Source of the DNA: Candidatus Wukongarchaeum yapensis
GTDB taxonomy: Archaea; Asgardarchaeota; Wukongarchaeia; Wukongarchaeales; Wukongarchaeaceae
Direction of reading: 5' to 3'
DNA: 10,021 bases
Assembly: GCA_016840425.1 (NCBI GenBank)
Contig: JAEOSI010000065.1
Location: 1 to 10,021, forward strand
The translations under genes and the position numbers were made by a program. The notes under the pieces are model-generated. The model made no database searches, was not told the origin of the DNA, and saw only the letters and a program-made list of their open reading frames with translations. Below are positions 1-6,201 of the stretch, one piece after another. Within the stretch, counting starts at the first letter, position 1; every line of letters starts with the position of its first letter.

Positions 1-21
1 CCATTCTAACACCATTCTAAC
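1..21. repeat. Tandem direct repeat CCATTCTAAC x2 (period 11)
   Basis: ccattctaac occurs at 1-10 and 12-21. It may extend beyond the window edge. Confidence 0.8.
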
Positions 22-52
22 CTTGAATTTTTATGTTGAATGATGGTAGGCC

Positions 53-64
53 ATTATAAACTTG
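53..64 (-). promoter_or_regulatory. Candidate BRE/TATA promoter (CAAG-TTTATAAT) facing out of the left window edge
   Basis: The minus strand reads caagTTTATAAT at 64-53. It lies about 40-50 nt upstream of minus-strand ATGs at 15-13 and 4-2; the second ATG is preceded by GGTG. Confidence 0.4.
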
Positions 65-113
65 ATCGACCCGCTTAAGATAAGTTAGTATATATTAATT
101 CGTTTTCTGCTCC

Positions 114-127
114 AATATAAACTTTTG
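114..127 (-). promoter_or_regulatory. Candidate BRE/TATA promoter (CAAAAG-TTTATATT)
   Basis: The minus strand reads caaaagTTTATATT at 127-114: a purine-rich BRE next to a TTTATA box. It shares the core AAGTTTATA with the 53-64 element. Confidence 0.4.
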
Positions 128-171
128 TAAGCCTTTAGAAGCAAGAATTTCCGATTTTGAGTCGTGGGGGG

Positions 172-1305
172 TCATAATATTCTTTTTGGTTCTAGTACGC
201 ATTCTTCTAAACACTTAAAGGGACAAACACTGGTGCCTGCGGTTACGGTTAACTTATCGATAACTTCACAACAGTCCCCTAAGATGACTACTTGTCCTCC
301 TTCTGAGGAACCTTGAATTTTTACCCATTGACCAATAACTACTCCTTCCCCTAATATTGCATAAGCAATTGATGAAAAATTTGCAATCGCTGATCTTGGG
401 AAAATGACCGTGTCTTCGAGATTAACGCCATTCCCGATAACAGTGTCTTCTCCTATGGCTACATAAGGCCCGATGTCACAATTCTCCCCGATAATGCAGT
501 TGGTCCCGATTATTGTGGGCCCTCTGATCTTTGTATTTTTCCCTATTTTTGCCGTGGAATCTATTATCACGGAGCTGCTTGCTTTTTTACACTCCCTTTC
601 TAGCATAGTACGATTTGCACAAAGATAGTCTCCAGGTAAGCCAAGATCGATCCAGATGCCGTCTGATTTAAAACCGAAAAGTTTTCCTTTTTCCGCGATT
701 TTTGGAAATATTTCCCGCTCTATTGATGTCTTTTTTCCTTCAGGAACCATGTCTATGACTTCAGGGTTAAGGGCGTAGCAACCTGCGTTTATTAAGTTAC
801 TTGGTGCTTCATCTTCTGGGGGTTTCTCAACAAATTTTAAGATTCTTTTCGAGGAATCTAGGTCGACCACGCCATACCTTGAAGGATCTTCGACCTCATG
901 AAGGGCTATACTGGCCATACCCCCTTTTTCTTGGTGGAATTCTAAGAGTTTTTTATAATCTACTTCAGCAATTATGTCGCCGTTTAACATGAAAAAAGGC
1001 CCAGAATCTCTAAGCTCGTCCCTTGCATACCATAAAGGCCCAGCAGTACCCAAAGGATGCTTCTCCCTAGAATATTTAATACGGATGCTAAACTTCTCTC
1101 CTCCACCAAGTTTTGCTTCAATTAAATCTGCCTGATAGCTAACAGCAAGAACAACTTCCTCGACACCACCTTCAGCAAGAGCCCTTACTACCCGTTCTAG
1201 GAGAGGAACATTTGCCACAGGAAACAATGCTTTCGGTCGAGTACAAGAAAGGGGGCGAAGCCTTGTCCCAAAGCCCCCAACAAGAACAATCGCTTTCTGA
1301 ACCAA
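172..1305 (-). CDS. NDP-sugar synthase, most likely mannose-1-phosphate guanylyltransferase (GMPPB/Psa1-like): nucleotidyltransferase domain plus left-handed beta-helix
   Basis: Motifs LVGGFGTRLRPLS..PK, PLGTAGPL, LNGD, YGVV, FVEKP, INAG and W.DLG.P.DYL, followed by hexapeptide repeats (IGKNTKIRGPTIIGTNCIIGENCDIG). TTG start with AGGAGGT at 1322-1316. Substrate specificity is inferred from similarity. Confidence 0.85.
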   Translation of the reverse strand: MVQKAIVLVGGFGTRLRPLSCTRPKALFPVANVPLLERVVRALAEGGVEEVVLAVSYQADLIEAKLGGGEKFSIRIKYSREKHPLGTAGPLWYARDELRDSGPFFMLNGDIIAEVDYKKLLEFHQEKGGMASIALHEVEDPSRYGVVDLDSSKRILKFVEKPPEDEAPSNLINAGCYALNPEVIDMVPEGKKTSIEREIFPKIAEKGKLFGFKSDGIWIDLGLPGDYLCANRTMLERECKKASSSVIIDSTAKIGKNTKIRGPTIIGTNCIIGENCDIGPYVAIGEDTVIGNGVNLEDTVIFPRSAIANFSSIAYAILGEGVVIGQWVKIQGSSEGGQVVILGDCCEVIDKLTVTAGTSVCPFKCLEECVLEPKRIL

Positions 1306-1315
1306 TCTGCTTTAA

Positions 1316-1322
1316 ACCTCCT
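1316..1322 (-). promoter_or_regulatory. Shine-Dalgarno site of the NDP-sugar synthase gene
   Basis: AGGAGGT lies 10 nt upstream of the TTG at 1305. Confidence 0.75.
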
Positions 1323-1424
1323 AAAAAAATAACACACACTTATCTACAAACAAAAAAAACCAAGTTTTTAAGCAATTTCATACTTTTTTAGAACGTTCAT
1401 ACTTTAACTTTTTTACCTTTCCTT

Positions 1425-1988
1425 TTATTTTAGCCATGTTGCTAACTTTCTGAACGATTTTCCTCTGTGGGATATCATGCTTTTCTCTTCAGTACTCATT
1501 TCTGCGAAGGTTCTTCCGTCCCCTTCTCTTGGGCAAAATATCGGGTCAAAACCAAAACCTCTTTCCCCTCGTTTTTCATGGGTTATGGTGCCATCAACCC
1601 TACCTTCAAAAATTTTCACTTCACTTTCAGACCAACAGTAAGCGATAGCAGACATGAAATAAGCTCGACGATTTTTTACGTTTTCCATCAATTTTAATAT
1701 CCCGTCTAATCCGATCGTTTTGTAAACATAGCTTGAATAGGGGCCAGGGAAAAGGTTTAATGCTTCTATAAATAGACCTGCATCTTCAACTATTACAGGA
1801 TTTTTAACCTCTTCTAATGCGAAAAGAGCGCTTATTTTCGCTATTTCGACCAGATCATCACTTTGGACTTCAAAACGTTTAATCCGAACCATTTCAATCG
1901 CTAAGCCATACTCTTCCAATACGTTTACTGCCTCTTCAAACTTCCCAATATTTGAAGTAGCAAAAAGTAACTTATGATTCCCTGTCAT
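1425..1988 (-). CDS. rdgB: Non-canonical purine NTP pyrophosphatase (XTP/dITP diphosphatase, RdgB/HAM1 family)
   Basis: Motifs FATSNIGKFEE, EDAGLF, PGPYS, GFGFDPIF and the C-terminal SHRG. ATG start with GAGGG at 1998-1994. Confidence 0.95.
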   Translation of the reverse strand: MTGNHKLLFATSNIGKFEEAVNVLEEYGLAIEMVRIKRFEVQSDDLVEIAKISALFALEEVKNPVIVEDAGLFIEALNLFPGPYSSYVYKTIGLDGILKLMENVKNRRAYFMSAIAYCWSESEVKIFEGRVDGTITHEKRGERGFGFDPIFCPREGDGRTFAEMSTEEKSMISHRGKSFRKLATWLK

Positions 1989-2016
1989 AAAAACCCTCAG
2001 TATGCTAGTTCAATAA

Positions 2017-2664
2017 TTAAATATCACTCCGTAACATGTACCGCCCCCTTAAACGTATTTTTTCAACGTTATCAAAAATTTCTTTAGCACGTTCAGAACT
2101 AACTATTTGAGCGTAACCTGCACAAATTTCGGAAAAAGACTCCTTTGCTATTTTAAAATGAGTGCTTTCTAAAGCCCGTTTTAAAAGATGCAGGTCGACA
2201 GACGCATCCTCTAAACTGTCTGAAAAAACCCCTAAACCAAAATCCACAAAAAAAACTTTTCCATGCGTGTATATGAAATTACTTGTGGTAGGGTCACCAT
2301 GAATAATGCCGTTTTTATGGAGCCTCCCCAAAGCCTCGCCTATTTTCCTACAAATAACTTTTTTATCCTCATTTAACTCATTGGCCAACAACTCTTTAAC
2401 CCTATCACCCTCAATATATTCCATAACGATGGTGGTTTTCTTCATATCAATTTCATAAATAATAGGGGTGCTTACTCCACACTTTTTTGCTACCGACAAC
2501 AACTTTGATTCCATGGCGGTTCTTTGCTGACGCAACTGCAAATCAAGATTAGGCAAGCGATACTTTTTACTGATTCGCTCCTTAAAAATAACGTTTCTAC
2601 CAAACCACTCACCCCTATAAAGATTTGCCTCAGCACCCTTAGCTATCAAATTAAGAGAAACCAC
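2017..2664 (-). CDS. bud32: KEOPS complex kinase/ATPase Bud32
   Basis: KGAEA glycine loop, K.R..K.YR, catalytic loop HGDPTTSN and DFGLG. Adjacent to kae1. GTG start with GGTGGG at 2675-2670. Confidence 0.95.
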   Translation of the reverse strand: MVSLNLIAKGAEANLYRGEWFGRNVIFKERISKKYRLPNLDLQLRQQRTAMESKLLSVAKKCGVSTPIIYEIDMKKTTIVMEYIEGDRVKELLANELNEDKKVICRKIGEALGRLHKNGIIHGDPTTSNFIYTHGKVFFVDFGLGVFSDSLEDASVDLHLLKRALESTHFKIAKESFSEICAGYAQIVSSERAKEIFDNVEKIRLRGRYMLRSDI

Positions 2665-2757
2665 AAAAACCCACCAATAGTGATAAAAAGCTTATTTTAA
2701 GAACTCCTTTTAACCAAAATTTTATTCAGAATTTTCGTCAGAAAAAGAAGAAACTTG

Positions 2758-3771
2758 TTATTCCATAGACCAAGGAATTTCTACAGCCTCAAGTCTCCAT
2801 TTAGGGTCCACTAAACTTTTTTCCACATCTATAATTTTGCCATATTTGTAAAGGAGAATCCCTGTCCACGCGATCATTGCTCCATTATCCCCTGCTACTT
2901 CCTTAGGCACTGTGAAAAAAGCCACTTCTTGATCTTTTGCTACTTCTCCCAGCATTTCTTGTAATCTTTTGTTTTGAGCTACGCCTCCCGTAAGGAGAAG
3001 CTCTTTCTTTTGAGTGTGAGCTATCGCCCTTTCAGTCACTTCAACGAGCATCGAAAAAGCATATTCTTGTAAGCTAAAACAGACATCCTCAAGTTGTTCT
3101 TTTTCCTCCTTCAACTTTCTTATAGCAGCAGTAACCAAGCCAGAAAAAGAAAGATCCATACCCTTCACTATGTATGGAAGTTCTACAAGTTTCTTACCCT
3201 TTCTTGCCAAAACCTCTACTTTTGGACCTCCTGGATGTTGCAATCCTGCTTCTCGACCAAACATATCCAAAGCGTTTCCTATTGGTATATCGATAGTTTC
3301 TCCAAAAACCCTGTACCTTTTATCAGCAAAGGCGGAAACAATGGTGTTTCCCCCAGAAACATAAAGAGTTATAGGATCCTTTGTCCCAGTTAAGAGTCTT
3401 CCGATTTCAACGTGGGCCAAACAGTGATTCACGCCTACTAGAGGTATATCAAATAAGGTAGAAAGAGCACGCGCTACAACGGCAGTAGTTCTCAAACAAG
3501 GACCGAGACCTGGGCCTTGGGAAAAGGCTATAACGTCAAGCTCTTCGCCTGATATTCCGGCTTTAAGGAGGGCAGACTGTAGAACTTGACTGGCGACAGC
3601 GCTATGATGCTGGGCAGCTTCCCTGGGATGAATTCCGCCGGTTATGGGGAGATAAGTTGAGATTTCGTTGGCTAAAATATCGCCTTCTGATGTTACTATG
3701 CCCGCTCCAAAACTGTGGGCCGTCCCTTCTAGTCCTAAACATATGAGTGGCAACTTATCTATTCCCCCCAA
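2758..3771 (-). CDS. kae1: tRNA N6-threonylcarbamoyladenosine (t6A) synthase Kae1, KEOPS complex
   Basis: Motifs LGLEGTAH, GGIHPREAA.HH, GPGLGPCL, metal-binding HCLAH, YVSGGNT, GETIDI.IGN..D, GGVAQN and DNGAMIA. The true start may be the TTG at 3753 (MPLICLG...), which has GGGGGA upstream. Confidence 0.97.
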   Translation of the reverse strand: MGGIDKLPLICLGLEGTAHSFGAGIVTSEGDILANEISTYLPITGGIHPREAAQHHSAVASQVLQSALLKAGISGEELDVIAFSQGPGLGPCLRTTAVVARALSTLFDIPLVGVNHCLAHVEIGRLLTGTKDPITLYVSGGNTIVSAFADKRYRVFGETIDIPIGNALDMFGREAGLQHPGGPKVEVLARKGKKLVELPYIVKGMDLSFSGLVTAAIRKLKEEKEQLEDVCFSLQEYAFSMLVEVTERAIAHTQKKELLLTGGVAQNKRLQEMLGEVAKDQEVAFFTVPKEVAGDNGAMIAWTGILLYKYGKIIDVEKSLVDPKWRLEAVEIPWSME

Positions 3772-3811
3772 AATAAAAAAAGCTTAAAGAAGAGGGATTT
3801 ATTTTTGTTTA

Positions 3812-3982
3812 CTACCCTTCTTTTTTGGCTTCTTTTACTTTTTTCTTAAACTCTGTGAAGCCGCACCTACCACAACTAAGCCTGTCTTTGTGATCTGCAA
3901 GAAAAGATCCTTTACAACGAGGACATTCCTTTTTTAACCGGGTAAGCTTACCACTTGACGCATCATAATATTTCCAAACCAT
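3812..3982 (-). CDS. rps27ae: 30S ribosomal protein S27ae (eS31), 56 aa; not in the supplied ORF track
   Basis: Hand translation gives [56 protein letters not shown]. It has the CPRC...H.DR..CGRCG zinc ribbon, GAGGT at 3997-3993, and the canonical position between rps24e and kae1. Confidence 0.95.
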   Translation of the reverse strand: MVWKYYDASSGKLTRLKKECPRCKGSFLADHKDRLSCGRCGFTEFKKKVKEAKKEG

Positions 3983-4008
3983 TTTAGTACGAACCTCTCA
4001 CTTCATTT

Positions 4009-4308
4009 TTAACTTGCTTCTTTAGTTTCTTTTGGTTGATTCCTTTTTCTGATATGCTCTTCTTCTATTTTTTCTCCAAGTTCAGGCGTATCGTAGATAG
4101 ATGCTTCGCCCTTTGAAGTAGCAGAGCCATATTCGCTGAGGATAGAGCGGATATATGTGCGTTCTATGTCTGTATTAAATTTTGCCGCTATCTTTTTTCT
4201 TACATCATATCTTGAAGGCGTTGCCTCCTCTGCATGATGGATTATAAAACTTATTTCTTGTCTGTAAAGTAAGGGATTCTTTTTATCTTTGATTACCTCA
4301 ATTTCCAT
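4009..4308 (-). CDS. rps24e: 30S ribosomal protein S24e (eS24)
   Basis: Motifs NPLL.R.EI.F.I.H, TPSR.DVR.KIAA and YG...S.G.A.IYD. Canonical synteny. AGGAG at 4325-4321. Confidence 0.93.
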   Translation of the reverse strand: MEIEVIKDKKNPLLYRQEISFIIHHAEEATPSRYDVRKKIAAKFNTDIERTYIRSILSEYGSATSKGEASIYDTPELGEKIEEEHIRKRNQPKETKEAS

Positions 4309-4427
4309 GGGGGGTGCGTTCTCCTTTTCATTTTTGAAATGAAAAATTATCTTATCTTCTTCTTTTTCTTTTCTAATGAACGGTTGTTTATTTGCGAACC
4401 GTAGATTTAAACTTAAATTTTATTTGT

Positions 4428-4440
4428 TTATAAAATTTTT
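4428..4440 (-). promoter_or_regulatory. Candidate internal promoter for rps24e-rps27ae
   Basis: The minus strand reads aaaaatTTTATAAA just after the DUF359 stop, within a 140-nt intergenic gap. Confidence 0.4.
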
Positions 4441-4448
4441 TAATTTAA

Positions 4449-5033
4449 TTATTCTGTTTGCATCTGGTTGAGGATTTTTTGAAACTTATCTTTGACACGT
4501 TCAGTTACTCTTATTAGCACTACTCCTTCATTAGGCTGTCCGTAACATATTAATGTGTTAATAGGTGCTTCGATCACTGCAGGGATCACGAGAAGATCTT
4601 CTTCGCCTTCGATCACTACTTTTACTGGCTGTTTCTTGCTTTCTAAAGCGTTTTTTATAGCTTTCCACGCTTCTTCAGTTATCGTAGCGGGGGGGTTTTT
4701 TGCTTCGATTGTTATAGATCCTGGGACTTCAACCTCCTTGTTCCTTGGCATTCTTCTCACTTTGTTATCAATAACAGCTACGTAAGGTATAATATTTGCT
4801 TTTACGAGGGTTTCTGTAGAAATGTCGCCTACAGTGATAAGTTTTGAATTTTTTCCCCTTGATAGTTGTTCGCGAATAGTTTGGTAAATATCGGTTTTAA
4901 TAAGGCGTCCTAGGGGGATTTTAAGTTTGGGGCGGAGGGTTTTTGGAAGTTTGTAAAGGATTTTAAAGTTTTCTTTAATGACCAACTTTAGCTTTCCCCT
5001 TAAAATAGAGTTAGGGTGGGGTTTTTTGTTCAT
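4449..5033 (-). CDS. GTP-dependent dephospho-CoA kinase (DUF359/UPF0218 family)
   Basis: Motifs LP..LR..LK.PLG, VGD, D.K..R, NPPATIT, GEEDLL and YGQPNEG.V. Canonical position after spt4. The start is either the ATG at 5033 (ATGA overlap with the spt4 stop) or the TTG at 4985 (AGGGGA 9 nt upstream). Confidence 0.9.
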   Translation of the reverse strand: MNKKPHPNSILRGKLKLVIKENFKILYKLPKTLRPKLKIPLGRLIKTDIYQTIREQLSRGKNSKLITVGDISTETLVKANIIPYVAVIDNKVRRMPRNKEVEVPGSITIEAKNPPATITEEAWKAIKNALESKKQPVKVVIEGEEDLLVIPAVIEAPINTLICYGQPNEGVVLIRVTERVKDKFQKILNQMQTE

Positions 5034-5215
5034 CTTACTCTGAGGGCGTATTTTCCCGGTTCGGTTATTCCTAATAGTTTGGCTATGTAGGAGTTTTCAG
5101 GGTCAGCGATTATAATTAAGCCGTCCCAATCTTCACTTAATGTGTGGGTTCTGCAGTGAGGACATCGGTTACCAGCTTCCACTATTCTCCTACAAGTCCT
5201 ACAAGATTTAACCAA
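5030..5215 (-). CDS. spt4: Transcription elongation factor Spt4 (RpoE2/RpoE'')
   Basis: Zinc-binding CRTC...CPHC, followed by DW.GLIII.DPE.S.IAK.LGI..PGKYALRVR. TTG start. Confidence 0.95.
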   Translation of the reverse strand: MVKSCRTCRRIVEAGNRCPHCRTHTLSEDWDGLIIIADPENSYIAKLLGITEPGKYALRVR

Positions 5216-5247
5216 GATTAATCAACTCTATTGATTCATTTTTAGGT

Positions 5248-5916
5248 TTAAGCTTTCTTTTCTTCTTTTTTCCTCCGCTTTCTCTTCTTTTTCTTTTTCT
5301 CTTTCTCTACTTTCTTTGCTTTTTGTGGTTTTTTCTTTGTTTCTAGAGTTATTCCTTTCTCTCTGAGTTCTTGGAGTTCTTCTGCCCATCTCTTGAGCCA
5401 TTCGTAGCTTCCTAAAGCCGCAGCTCGCATACTCACTGCTACTTTTATGATGCCTCGATCCAAACTTAAAGTGATTATTCTCGCTCTAACACGGTCCTCT
5501 CTCATTATTGATTGACCGCTTTCTTGGCCTAAAAGCGCGCTTTGTTTAGGGTTGAAAGAGAAAAAATCATCGTGGATTTGGGATATGTGACAAAGGGCGT
5601 CCGTACACCCAATTCTTATAAATAAACCGAAATCAGTTACCTCAACAACTTCTCCCTCAACGATTTCCCCTATTTTAGGTTTAAAACTCAACACTTTAAA
5701 AATGCATTGATGATAAACGCCGCCGTCTCCTGGTATTATGTGTCCTACGCCGATCTCCTCAACGGATAAGACCGCGATAAGCATCCCTATGTCTGGGTCT
5801 ACTCGTTCTTCAAAATCTTCCCTTGCAATTTCTAAGATTACCTTGTCAATAGGTTCCCCAAAACGATGGGGTGGAACCCTCACAGTATCCCTCAAAGTGA
5901 TAAGATTATAAACCAA
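5248..5916 (-). CDS. rpo7: DNA-directed RNA polymerase subunit Rpo7 (RpoE1/E') with a polybasic C-terminal extension
   Basis: Motifs DTVRVPP.RFG, G.IIPGDG.VYH, EIVEGEV.EV.DFG.F.RIG..DAL.HISQI (S1 domain) and VRARI. TTG start. Confidence 0.95.
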   Translation of the reverse strand: MVYNLITLRDTVRVPPHRFGEPIDKVILEIAREDFEERVDPDIGMLIAVLSVEEIGVGHIIPGDGGVYHQCIFKVLSFKPKIGEIVEGEVVEVTDFGLFIRIGCTDALCHISQIHDDFFSFNPKQSALLGQESGQSIMREDRVRARIITLSLDRGIIKVAVSMRAAALGSYEWLKRWAEELQELREKGITLETKKKPQKAKKVEKEKKKKKRKRRKKEEKKA

Positions 5917-6008
5917 ACTCCTTCACGCTCTCCTTAATTTTCTCATGATCTAAAAAAACGAAGTAATGATGAATAATTAGAATAAACGATAAATTATTAA
6001 AAGAATTA

Positions 6009-6026
6009 TTTTTAAAGATCTTTCGG
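6009..6026 (-). promoter_or_regulatory. Candidate BRE/TATA promoter for the rpo7-spt4-DUF359 block
   Basis: The minus strand reads ccgaaagatcTTTAAAAA about 90-110 nt upstream of the rpo7 start. It overlaps the perfect palindrome AAAGATCTTT (6014-6023). Confidence 0.4.
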
Positions 6027-6189
6027 ATAACGAACTTAATAAGGTTTTAGAAAATCCAAAAATGTTAAAAATGTTATGTTATAAAATGATCGATAATCGA
6101 ATTCTTCTTATTTCATGATTATAAAATAAAACAAAAAAGACGAGAAGCTCGCACTAGTGGGTTTAAAACAAAAAAATTACTGGCTATGT

Positions 6190-6194
6190 GGAGG
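6190..6194 (+). promoter_or_regulatory. Shine-Dalgarno site of hppA
   Basis: GGAGG lies 7 nt upstream of the in-frame TTG at 6202. Confidence 0.7.
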
Positions 6195-6201
6195 ATTTTC
6201 T

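Noticed and set aside
1391-1398. GAACGTTC resembling a eukaryotic heat-shock element (GAAnnTTC)
   Set aside because: A single 8-bp unit, and there is no basis for an HSF-type factor here; kept only as part of the direct-repeat finding.
2715-2745. Two CTGA (box D-like) motifs on the minus strand between kae1 and bud32
   Set aside because: No upstream RTGATGA box C.
801-4785. Plus-strand ORFs 801-992, 1467-1697, 3094-3393, 3170-3364 and 4555-4785
   Set aside because: All are antisense shadows of well-supported conserved genes, with no motifs or RBS support.
5966-6030. Perfect box C (ATGATGA at 5966-5972), suggesting a C/D sRNA
   Set aside because: No box D (CTGA) follows at a suitable distance on that strand.
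5993-6118. Plus-strand stop-free stretch IIKRIIFKDLSDNELNKVLENPKMLKMLCYKMIDNRILLIS*
   Set aside because: It has no standard start at its 5' end, no RBS and no recognisable family, and it overlaps promoter-like elements; likely chance in AT-rich DNA.
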